64,000 bases of DNA from an uncultured Lachnospiraceae bacterium (GTDB lineage Bacteria; Bacillota; Clostridia; Lachnospirales; Lachnospiraceae), in assembly GCA_947382355.1 (NCBI GenBank), contig CANCYR010000003.1, forward strand, positions 52,139-116,138, given 5' to 3'. Shown here in pieces: positions 38,055 through 45,979 of this stretch (position 1 is its first letter; each line of letters begins with the position of its first letter). Below the pieces are notes generated by a model. The model was given only the letters and a program-made list of their open reading frames with translations, ran no database searches and was not told the origin of the DNA. The position numbers were made by a program, and so were the translations under genes.

Positions 38055-38546
38055 ATGAATCAGGGCATGATACATATTTATAGCGGAGACGGTCATGGAA
38101 AAACTCCGGCAGCCTGGGGGGAGGCGCTGCAGGCTGCAAGTGAAGGAAAAGAAGTAGTGATTATTCAGTTTTTGAAATGCCGGGGGCTGGAAGATTCGGA
38201 ATTTTTAAAGCGATTAGAGCCTGAAATCAAATTTTTCCGGTTTGAAAAGTCTCAGGCGGACTTTAAGAGCCTTTCAAAAGATGGGAAGGCAGAAGAAATC
38301 ATGAACATGAAAAACGGGCTGAACTTCGGAAAAAAGGTTCTGGCAACAGGAGGCTGTGATTTGCTGATTCTGGACGAAGTGCTTGGGCTTATTGATGTTG
38401 GCATCATAACGGTGGAGGATTTAAAGACATTGATAGAAGCAAAGCAGGAGGAGACTACCTTAATTATGACAGGCATACAGTTAAGCGATGAAGTATGCGC
38501 ACTGGCAGACGAGGTATCCAAAATTGAGCGGATCAGCATGAAATAG
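38055..38546 (+). CDS. Cob(I)alamin adenosyltransferase-like protein (CobA/CobO/BtuR family)
   Basis: IHIYSGDGHGKTPAAWGEALQAASEGKEVVIIQFLK ... DLLILDEVLGLIDVGII matches the CobO P-loop/Walker B layout. Confidence 0.65.
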   Translation: MNQGMIHIYSGDGHGKTPAAWGEALQAASEGKEVVIIQFLKCRGLEDSEFLKRLEPEIKFFRFEKSQADFKSLSKDGKAEEIMNMKNGLNFGKKVLATGGCDLLILDEVLGLIDVGIITVEDLKTLIEAKQEETTLIMTGIQLSDEVCALADEVSKIERISMK

Positions 38547-38633
38547 GTTGACAGTCAGAGGGATTGGTGCTATGCTTTTGATAATTTCAAAAGTTGGCAC
38601 CAATTTTTGAAAGCAGAATAAGATAAACTATAG

Positions 38634-38839
38634 ATAGAGGTCGCATTTTTTATCAGTACCTTTTCGGATGTGTCAGGCACAGGAGAAGAAAAGCGAAAGG
38701 AAAAAGTGCCGAAAGGATATGTGTCCTGAAACAGATACCCTTGGGCATGCAGTGAAGAACTGTATGACTGTCATCAGCAAAGATGGGGAGCTATCGGATA
38801 TATATGGAAAGTATACCGGCTCTGTAGGCCGGTTTTTTA
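38634..38839 (+). promoter_or_regulatory. Lysine riboswitch (L-box) with intrinsic terminator, upstream of dapA-dapB
   Basis: L-box conserved blocks appear in order: AGAGGTCGC, GTGCCGAAAGG, ACTGTCA, TGGGGAGCTATCG. The terminator follows: ACCGGC-TCTGTAG-GCCGGT plus TTTTTT (38814-38839). Confidence 0.8.
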
Positions 38840-38905
38840 TTCCCGCCAGCAACGAGCCAAGTGATTGCGCGCAGGCATTTGGCGGCTGCCAAAGGGAATC
38901 TGACT
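38837..38905 (+). repeat. Leader repeat F, copy 1 (about 69 bp) between the lysine-riboswitch terminator and the dapA RBS
   Basis: TTATTCCCGCCAGCAACGAGCCAAGTGATTGCGCGCAGGCATTTGGCGGCTGCC... matches 51851-51919 at roughly 85 % of positions. Confidence 0.85.
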
Positions 38906-38944
38906 TCCAGATTAAGTCCAGTAAAGTTCCAGAAGGAGGAAGCT

Positions 38945-39832
38945 ATGTCGATTTTTACAGGTGCAGGCGTTGCCATCGTGACGCCGTTTAAACCAAACGG
39001 AGAGGTGAATTATGAAGCCTTTGCAGACCAGATTGAATTGCAGATAAAAGGAGGGACCGATGCCATTATCGTATGCGGCACTACCGGAGAAGCATCCACG
39101 CTGACCCACGAGGAGCATTTGGATGTGATCGAATATTGTGTGAAGCAGGTAAACGGCAGGATACCGGTGATTGCCGGAACCGGCTCCAACTGTACGGAAA
39201 CAGCCGTTTACTTATCAAAAGAAGCGGAAAAAAGAGGAGCAGATGGTTTGCTGTTAGTAACTCCTTATTATAATAAATGTACCCAGAAAGGGTTAAAGGA
39301 GCATTATACCATTATTGCAGAGGCTGTAAAGATTCCTATCATTTTATATAATATTCCGGGAAGAACGGGCGGAGTACTCATTCAGCCGGAAACGGTGGTA
39401 GAGCTTTGCAGGAATGTGCCCAATATTGTAGGCGTAAAGGATGCTACAGGTAATCTTGTGGGGGTGGCAAGGCTTATGGCTCTGGCAGAGGGAAGCGTGG
39501 ATTTATATTCCGGCAATGATGAACTGATTGTACCGATTTTGTCATTGGGAGGAAAAGGAGTCATTTCCGTTTTGTCCAATATAGCTCCGGCACAGACCCA
39601 TGATATATGTGAGAAGTTTTTTGCAGGGGATGTGGAAGGAAGCCGTAAGATACAGTTGGATGCCATGCCGGTTATTGACGGATTATTCTGCGAGGTAAAT
39701 CCCATTCCGGTAAAGAAGGCAATGAACTTAATGGGATTAAATGCAGGTCCTATGAGACGTCCTCTTACAGAAATGGAAGAACCAAATGCCAAAAAGCTGG
39801 AAGCAGCCATGAAGGACTTTGGAATTTTATAA
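38945..39832 (+). CDS. dapA: 4-hydroxy-tetrahydrodipicolinate synthase
   Basis: MSIFTGAGVAIVTPFKPNGEVNYEAF...GTTGEASTLTHEEH... Start is ATG 38945 after AGAAGGAGGAAGCT. The track ORF is extended upstream across the repeat. Confidence 0.93.
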   Translation: MSIFTGAGVAIVTPFKPNGEVNYEAFADQIELQIKGGTDAIIVCGTTGEASTLTHEEHLDVIEYCVKQVNGRIPVIAGTGSNCTETAVYLSKEAEKRGADGLLLVTPYYNKCTQKGLKEHYTIIAEAVKIPIILYNIPGRTGGVLIQPETVVELCRNVPNIVGVKDATGNLVGVARLMALAEGSVDLYSGNDELIVPILSLGGKGVISVLSNIAPAQTHDICEKFFAGDVEGSRKIQLDAMPVIDGLFCEVNPIPVKKAMNLMGLNAGPMRRPLTEMEEPNAKKLEAAMKDFGIL

Positions 39833-40020
39833 AAAACCTGAAGTGTGCCTTGTTGTTTTTTCGAAAATGGCAGGGCACATTCTGCTATCAGGCGGCAGAT
39901 ATTACATAGTATCAAAATTGGATTGATAGAAAGAAACAGAACGGGCAATGATAAAAAGAAAGGAAAATTCCCGATTAGAAGCAGGGAAAAGATAAGAAAA
40001 GACAAGGAGCGGCAGATAAG

Positions 40021-40785
40021 ATGACGAAAGTGATAATGCACGGCTGCAATGGAAGAATGGGACAGGTTATTTCCAGTCTGATTGCAGCAGATGAAGAAAT
40101 AGAAGTAGTTGCGGGAGTGGATGTTTCCAATCATATAAACAATCCATACCCGGTCTTTAATAATATTGCAGAATGTGATATAAAAGCAGATGCAGTGATT
40201 GACTTTGCATCGGCAAAGGCAGTGGACGGCCTGCTGGAATATTGCATAAAGGAAAAGCTTCCCTGTGTCCTTTGCACTACCGGACTTTCCGAAGAGCAGT
40301 TAAAAAGGGTGGAAGAAGCCTCCAAAAAGGTGGCAGTCTTAAAATCCGCCAATATGTCGTTAGGCATAAATCTGTTATTGAAAATGCTGAAGGAAGCGGC
40401 CCATGTGCTTTCAGGAGCAGGCTATGACATTGAAATCGTGGAAAAACACCATAATCAGAAGCTGGACGCCCCAAGCGGCACGGCGCTTGCTCTGGCAGAC
40501 TCCATCAATGAAGAGCTGAATGGAGAATATGAATATGTATACGACAGAAGTCAGGTAAGGCAGAAGAGAGGGAAAAAGGAAATCGGGATATCGGCAGTGC
40601 GGGGAGGCACCATCGTAGGGGACCATGACGTTCTGTTTGCAGGAACGGATGAAGTAATCACCTTTTCCCATACTGCTTATTCCAGAAGTGTATTTGGCAA
40701 AGGAGCAATACAGGCTGCCAAATTTTTAAAAGGAAAAGAAGCGGGCATGTATGACATGAGCCATGTCATTGAAGCCGGCTCATAA
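40021..40785 (+). CDS. dapB: 4-hydroxy-tetrahydrodipicolinate reductase
   Basis: The N-terminal Rossmann segment is HGCNGRMGQ. The motif EIVEKHHNQKLDAPSGTA is typical of DapB. The gene follows dapA. Confidence 0.92.
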   Translation: MTKVIMHGCNGRMGQVISSLIAADEEIEVVAGVDVSNHINNPYPVFNNIAECDIKADAVIDFASAKAVDGLLEYCIKEKLPCVLCTTGLSEEQLKRVEEASKKVAVLKSANMSLGINLLLKMLKEAAHVLSGAGYDIEIVEKHHNQKLDAPSGTALALADSINEELNGEYEYVYDRSQVRQKRGKKEIGISAVRGGTIVGDHDVLFAGTDEVITFSHTAYSRSVFGKGAIQAAKFLKGKEAGMYDMSHVIEAGS

Positions 40786-40814
40786 ACAGGCAAGGAAGGC
40801 ATAAGCAAATAAAA

Positions 40815-42773
40815 ATGGAAAATATAGAACTGATGTATTTAAAAAGTCTGGCAAAGCATTATCCTACCATAGCGGCTGCCAGCACGGAAATTATCAATCT
40901 GCAGTCAATTTTGAACCTGCCAAAGGGCACGGAGCATTTCCTTACGGATATCCACGGGGAGTTTGAGCAGTTCAACCATGTACTGAAGAACGGCTCCGGT
41001 TCTGTAAGAAGAAAAATTGACGAAGAATTTGGAAACACCTTAAGCAACCGGGATAAAAAAAGTCTGGCCACCCTCATATATTATCCGGAGGAAAAGCTGG
41101 AAATCGTTATGCGGGAAGAGGAAAACATTGAAGACTGGTATAAGATTACCCTGCACCGCCTTGTTCAGATTACGAAACGGGTATCTTCCAAATATACCCG
41201 TTCCAAGGTAAGGAAGGCTCTGCCTAAGGATTTTGCATATATCATTGAAGAGTTGATTACGGAAAAAGCAGAGATTCAGGACAAGGAAGCATATTATAAC
41301 GAGATTGTTCATACTATTATACGAATCGGAAGGGCGCCGGAATTTATCGTTGCCCTGAGCAATCTGATACAAAGGCTGGTTATTGACCATTTGCATATAG
41401 TGGGGGATATATATGACAGGGGGCCCGGACCCCATGTGATTATGGATACTTTGCGTCATTATCATTCTGTAGACGTGCAGTGGGGCAATCATGACATCGT
41501 GTGGATGGGAGCGGCCAGCGGCCAGCTTGCCTGTATTGCCAATGTAATCCGTATGTCGGCAAGATACGGGAATCTGGATACTCTGGAAGAAGGATACGGA
41601 ATTAATCTGATTCCCCTTGTAACTTTTGCCATGGAAAGGTATCAAAACGTAAACTGCGATGCTTTTTCCATTAAATACAATACGGATTACAATACCAAGG
41701 ATTTAAGTCTGGATATGAAAATGCATAAGGCTATTGCCATCATACAGTTTAAGCTGGAAGGCCAGATAATTAAAAGAAATCCGGGCTTTGGTATGGAAGA
41801 CAGGCTGTTGCTTGATAAAATTGACTATAAGAAAAAGACGGTGCTTGTATATGGTAAGGAGTATTCCATGAAGGATTTGGATTTTCCTACTGTAGACCCT
41901 GCAAATCCTTATAAGCTGACCCATGAAGAAGAAGAGGTCATGGAGCGGTTAAGGCAGGCTTTTGTCCGGTGTGACAAGCTGCAAAAGGATGTGCGATTTC
42001 TTTTTTCCAAGGGCGGTTTATATAAAATCTATAACTCCAACCTGCTTTACCATGGCTGTGTGCCCATGGATGAAGAGGGGAATTTCCAGAAGGTGACTAT
42101 TTTTGGAAAGGAATACGTGGGCAGAGCCTTATATGATGTGTTGGACAATTATGCAAGAAAGGGCTACTATGCTACCAGAAGTTCCGGCGACAAGCTAAAG
42201 GGAGAGGATATTCTCTGGTATATCTGGACAGGTCCTAATTCACCTGTTTTCGGGAAAGATAAAATGGCTACCTTTGAGCGGTATTTTATTGAAGATAAGG
42301 AAACTCATGTGGAAAAAAAGAACAGCTATTACCAGTTTCTGGATGATGAAGAGGTATTGTGCAGGATTTTGAGGGAATTCGGACTGGATGAAAAAAAATC
42401 CCACATCGTCAACGGTCATGTTCCCGTGGAATTAAAGAAAGGAGAATCCCCTATACGGTGCGATGGAAAGCTCCTTATTATAGATGGAGGATTTTCTAAG
42501 GCATATCAGGGTAAGACGGGTATTGCGGGCTATACACTGGTTGCAAATTCTTATGGAATGCGTCTGGTGTCCCATGAACCTTTTGAATCCACGGATGCTG
42601 CAATCCGTAATGAATCGGATATTTTTTCAGATTCTATTATTGTGGAAACTTCCTTTCGGAGACAAAGCGTAGCTGATACGGATATCGGTGCAGAGCTTCG
42701 GGAGAGCATTTCACAATTGGAAGAACTGTTACAGGCATACAGGGATGGAGTCATTGTGGAAAAAGATGTTTAA
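40815..42773 (+). CDS. fbp: Fructose-1,6-bisphosphatase, class 3
   Basis: At about 650 aa it fits the Firmicutes-type FBPase. Metallophosphatase motifs are HIVGDIYDRGP and GNHD, and the N-terminus YLKSLAKHYPTIAAASTEIINL is typical. Confidence 0.9.
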   Translation: MENIELMYLKSLAKHYPTIAAASTEIINLQSILNLPKGTEHFLTDIHGEFEQFNHVLKNGSGSVRRKIDEEFGNTLSNRDKKSLATLIYYPEEKLEIVMREEENIEDWYKITLHRLVQITKRVSSKYTRSKVRKALPKDFAYIIEELITEKAEIQDKEAYYNEIVHTIIRIGRAPEFIVALSNLIQRLVIDHLHIVGDIYDRGPGPHVIMDTLRHYHSVDVQWGNHDIVWMGAASGQLACIANVIRMSARYGNLDTLEEGYGINLIPLVTFAMERYQNVNCDAFSIKYNTDYNTKDLSLDMKMHKAIAIIQFKLEGQIIKRNPGFGMEDRLLLDKIDYKKKTVLVYGKEYSMKDLDFPTVDPANPYKLTHEEEEVMERLRQAFVRCDKLQKDVRFLFSKGGLYKIYNSNLLYHGCVPMDEEGNFQKVTIFGKEYVGRALYDVLDNYARKGYYATRSSGDKLKGEDILWYIWTGPNSPVFGKDKMATFERYFIEDKETHVEKKNSYYQFLDDEEVLCRILREFGLDEKKSHIVNGHVPVELKKGESPIRCDGKLLIIDGGFSKAYQGKTGIAGYTLVANSYGMRLVSHEPFESTDAAIRNESDIFSDSIIVETSFRRQSVADTDIGAELRESISQLEELLQAYRDGVIVEKDV

Positions 42774-42781
42774 ATAATAAA

Positions 42782-42812
42782 AAGAGGGCGGCCTGTACAA
42801 AGCTGCCCTCTC
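42782..42812 (-). terminator. Terminator hairpin between convergent fbp and the N/T-rich lipoprotein gene
   Basis: GAGGGCGGC-N9-GCTGCCCTC. The U-tract is present only in the minus-strand reading (TTTTTATTATTT). Confidence 0.7.
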
Positions 42813-42837
42813 ATGCTAAATACCATATATATCTTCA

Positions 42838-43302
42838 TTACTGTACGATGTCCCTGGTAACATCGCTGATGCCGTCAGCTACGTCATCCACTGCATTCCC
42901 TACAGCATTTCCGGCATCGTCTACAGCATTTGCCGCACCATCTACTATGCTGCCGTTATTGTCTGTTGTGTTCGTGTTATTATCAGTTGCGGCATTGTTG
43001 TTGTCTGCAGTGTTATTGGTGCTGTTATTTGTGTTGTTATTATTTGTTGTATCCGCTCCGTTTGCAGCGCTGTTGCCGTTAGTATCGGTTGTAGCAGTAC
43101 CCTGATTGGAAGTATTGTTATTTGTCATGTTGTCGTTTGTCTGGTTGTTTGTGGTTCCGTTGTCTGCAGTGTCGTTATTTGCGTTGTTTGTATCATTTGT
43201 AGTATTATTTCCGGTATCATTTTTCTTGTCATTGCCGCAGGCTGTGAAAGCAAGCATGGAAACCATGCAGACACATAAAAATATAAGTTTGCTTTTTTTC
43301 AT
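42838..43302 (-). CDS. Low-complexity Asn/Thr/Asp-rich lipoprotein (154 aa)
   Basis: Start at MKKSKLIFLCVCMVSMLAFTAC (lipobox) after AAAGGAGAATTTATT. The mature protein is about 70 % N/T/D/A/G. Confidence 0.7.
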   Translation of the reverse strand: MKKSKLIFLCVCMVSMLAFTACGNDKKNDTGNNTTNDTNNANNDTADNGTTNNQTNDNMTNNNTSNQGTATTDTNGNSAANGADTTNNNNTNNSTNNTADNNNAATDNNTNTTDNNGSIVDGAANAVDDAGNAVGNAVDDVADGISDVTRDIVQ

Positions 43303-43451
43303 AATAAATTCTCCTTTTTTATTTCTGTTTTTTATAACGATATAGGCTGTAAAAGCTTGCAACCTATGTATATTATGGCTTTTTTCTGAAAAATATATAC
43401 GATTCATTTTTGAAATTTTTAACTTTAATAATATAGTAACAGGAGGTTCTT

Positions 43452-44243
43452 ATGGAATTTCGGCCGTGTATAGACATACATAATGGAAAAGTAAAACAAA
43501 TTATCGGGGGCTCTCTTTTAGATGAATCGGATTTTGCAAAAGAAAATTTTGTATCCGGTTTTGCTAGCGCCTTTTATGCAAAGCTTTATGAAAAAAAAGG
43601 AATCCGGGGAGGACACGTGATTTTGTTAAACGGCAAAGACAGTCCCTATTATGAAAGCACAAGAGAACAGGCGTTAAGGGCATTGAGCAGCTATCCAATG
43701 GGACTTCAGGCAGGAGGGGGCATTACGCCGGAAAATGCCATGGAGTTTATCCATGCGGGCGCTTCCCATGTAATTGTTACATCTTATGTGTTTCGGGATG
43801 GAAAGGTGGATATAGGGCACCTGAAAAAAATAAGGGATATTGTTTCGCCAGAGCGCCTTGTAATTGATTTAAGCTGTCGGAAAAAGGACGGGAGCTATTT
43901 TATTGTAACAGACAGATGGCAGAAGTTCACCCAAATGGTTTTGTCGGAAGAAACGCTGGATTTCTTTTCGGAATATTGCGATGAATTTCTGGTGCATGCG
44001 GTGGATGTGGAGGGAAAAGCAGAGGGGATTGAAGAAGAAGTGGCAGGCATGTTGGGGGACTGGGGGAAGAAGACCGTTACTTATGCAGGAGGTATCCATA
44101 GCTTTCAGGATTTGGAGCTGCTTGACAAGCTTGGAAAGGGTAAGGTCAATGCTACTATTGGAAGCGCTTTGGATTTATTCGGCGGAAATATGAAGCTGGA
44201 AGAGGTACTTTCCTTTATGGAGGGCAGTAGGAGAGTTTTATAA
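43452..44243 (+). CDS. hisA: HisA/His6-type ProFAR isomerase-like (beta/alpha)8 barrel protein
   Basis: MEFRPCIDIHNGKVKQIIGGSL..., ...FLVHAVDVEGK... and ...TYAGGI... match the His6/HisA-type family. No other his genes lie in the window. Confidence 0.65.
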   Translation: MEFRPCIDIHNGKVKQIIGGSLLDESDFAKENFVSGFASAFYAKLYEKKGIRGGHVILLNGKDSPYYESTREQALRALSSYPMGLQAGGGITPENAMEFIHAGASHVIVTSYVFRDGKVDIGHLKKIRDIVSPERLVIDLSCRKKDGSYFIVTDRWQKFTQMVLSEETLDFFSEYCDEFLVHAVDVEGKAEGIEEEVAGMLGDWGKKTVTYAGGIHSFQDLELLDKLGKGKVNATIGSALDLFGGNMKLEEVLSFMEGSRRVL

Positions 44244-44250
44244 TCGTTAT

Positions 44251-44474
44251 GTAGCAGTTCAGCCCTCAGCTTTCCCACACAGGAGCCGGAACCAGATGCA
44301 GGCAGAAAATGTTTCTACGTCGCCACGCTCTCGCTCTGATAAAAACGCAGCAGTGCTAAGCTCGAAAATACCTCGCTAAGCGCTGGCGTTTTTATAAGGG
44401 CTCCTATAGAAATCATTTTCTGCCTGCATCCGGTTCCGGCTCCTGTGTGGGAAAGCTGAGGGTTGAACTATTAC
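44251..44474. mobile_element. MITE-like palindromic element C (224 bp, 61-nt terminal inverted repeats 57/61 complementary) flanked by the 8-bp direct repeat ATCGTTAT
   Basis: TIRs are 44251-44311 (GTAGCAGTTCAGCCCTCAGCTTTCCCACACAGGAGCCGG...) and 44414-44474. Direct repeats ATCGTTAT lie at 44243-44250 and 44475-44482. The 65-nt core 44331-44395 is identical to 45020-45084. Confidence 0.85.
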
Positions 44475-44486
44475 ATCGTTATAAAG

Positions 44487-44517
44487 AAAAAACCGGTCAA
44501 AATGACCGGTTTTCTTT
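44487..44517. terminator. Bidirectional rho-independent terminator (csp / hisA-like)
   Basis: AAAAAACCGGTCA-AAA-TGACCGGTTTTCTTTT. Confidence 0.85.
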
Positions 44518-44637
44518 TAATCCGTTAAAACAATATTGCTTATTCAAAACTAAATTCAAAATCTACTTTAAAATTTATATTTCAAAAAGGCACATCGAAA
44601 AACTGATTAATGCTTGTAAGGAACTGGGAAACGTTTC

Positions 44638-44838
44638 TTATAACTTTGTAACGTTTACTGCCTGAGGACCTTTTTCACCGTTTACTACTTCATACTCAAC
44701 AGCAGCGCCTTCTTCTAAAGATTTGAAACCTTCCATGTTAAGTCCTGAATAGTGAACGAATACGTCATTACCCTGCTCGTCAGAGATAAATCCGTAACCT
44801 TTTTGGTTGTTAAACCATTTTACTGTACCTTTGTTCAT
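44638..44838 (-). CDS. Cold-shock protein (CspA family, 66 aa)
   Basis: [31 protein letters not shown] carries the RNP1/RNP2 motifs. SD GGAGGTACTAAA upstream. The track ORF 44638..45198 is an artefactual upstream extension through repeat D. Confidence 0.95.
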   Translation of the reverse strand: MNKGTVKWFNNQKGYGFISDEQGNDVFVHYSGLNMEGFKSLEEGAAVEYEVVNGEKGPQAVNVTKL

Positions 44839-44942
44839 TTTAGTACCTCCAAAAAATAATATCTTGTTGACTTGCAACAAAGCTAGAATATCATAGAAAC
44901 AATGAAAAGTAAAGAAAAATTTTTTGAAAAGTGGATTTGCGG

Positions 44943-45171
44943 GTAACAGTTCAGCCTGCAAATTTGGGGTTTGAGGACGCAGGAGGGACAAGGTAGATAG
45001 AAGTCTTAGTGGCACGCTTTCGCTCTGATAAAAACGCAGCAGTGCTAAGCTCGAAAATACCTCGCTAAGCGCTGGCGTTTTTATCAGAGCGGGAGCGTGC
45101 CCACGAAGACTATTATATGTTCTGCCAGTTTCTACGTCCTCAAATCCAAAACCCCCAGGTTGAACTGTTAC
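44943..45171. mobile_element. MITE-like palindromic element D (229 bp), same family as C
   Basis: Termini are GTAACAGTTCAGCCTG (44943-) and CAGGTTGAACTGTTAC (-45171). The element has a long imperfect palindrome and a central 65-nt core (45020-45084) identical to element C. Confidence 0.85.
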
Positions 45172-45300
45172 GATTCGGAAGAGGGGAAACCTTGACAAAT
45201 GAGGCTGGTTATTGGTTAATATATAAAGTGGGTTTTATGTATTTATGGTGTGGCTGCAACAGGTATTGGAATATGTGTTAAAGGATTTGAGGTATTATTT

Positions 45301-45822
45301 ATGTATGGAGAAGAAAGAAGAAAACAGATATTAAATAGACTGAAAGCCGGGAAAGAGCCTATATCCGGCACGGAACTGGCAAGGGAATTTGAAGTGAGCA
45401 GACAGGTAATCGTTCAGGATATTGCGTTGCTTAGGGCTTTTCATAAGAATATACTGGCAACAAACAAAGGCTATGTTTATTTTTGTGAACAGGAAGAAGA
45501 GAGTAAATGCAAGAGAACCATAAAGGTAAAACACAGGGATTCCGATATTCTGGAGGAGTTTTATACAATCGCAGACTGTGGCGGAAAGGTATTGGATGTG
45601 GTAGTGGAGCATGAAATATACGGGCAGATTACGGTTGATTTAATTATCGGCAGCAGGCAGGATGCGGACAATTTTGTAAATAAATGTAAAAACAGTACAA
45701 GCAAAACCTTGAATGTGCTGACGGACGGGATTCATTATCATACAGTAGAGGCTGGCAGTGAGGATATACTCAATCAGATAGAAAAAAAGCTTTTAGAGAA
45801 AGGCTACTTGATAAAAGAATAG
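45301..45822 (+). CDS. niaR: Niacin-responsive transcriptional repressor NiaR (YrxA/NadR, HTH_11 + 3H domain)
   Basis: SGTELAREFEVSRQVIVQDIALLRA..., ...GYVY... and ...LTDGIHYHTVEA... align with my memory of B. subtilis YrxA across the whole length. Confidence 0.88.
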   Translation: MYGEERRKQILNRLKAGKEPISGTELAREFEVSRQVIVQDIALLRAFHKNILATNKGYVYFCEQEEESKCKRTIKVKHRDSDILEEFYTIADCGGKVLDVVVEHEIYGQITVDLIIGSRQDADNFVNKCKNSTSKTLNVLTDGIHYHTVEAGSEDILNQIEKKLLEKGYLIKE

Positions 45823-45979
45823 AAATATGTTATTCTTGCACTTGGCTGACAAGACAACTGACAAGACAGCAGACTGGATATTTGAAGGTGAAAGATGAAA
45901 CAGCTGGAAGAACTCACGAAGCTATATGCCTGATGTCAGATGAAATCATAATTTAACTGGTCAGAAAAGAGGAGAACAT

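Noticed and set aside
38668-38991. 107-aa ORF upstream of dapA, and the extended dapA ORF starting at 38861
   Set aside because: The ORF spans the lysine riboswitch, its terminator and leader repeat F. The true dapA start at 38945 has a strong SD and the canonical N-terminus MSIFTGAGVAIVTPF.
40786-40814. Possibility that fbp has its own promoter or riboswitch
   Set aside because: The gap is only 29 nt and has no recognisable -35/-10 or structured element. I left this as an open question under the lysine riboswitch finding rather than calling a feature.
42848-43345. Two plus-strand ORFs rich in Leu/Val/Phe/Ser
   Set aside because: They are antisense to the low-complexity Asn/Thr-rich lipoprotein gene, a composition artefact.
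44447-45198. ORF 44447..44665 (+) and the 186-aa version of the minus-strand ORF 44638..45198
   Set aside because: Both run through palindromic elements C and D and a terminator. Only the last 66 codons (44638..44838) form the cold-shock protein, which has its own SD.
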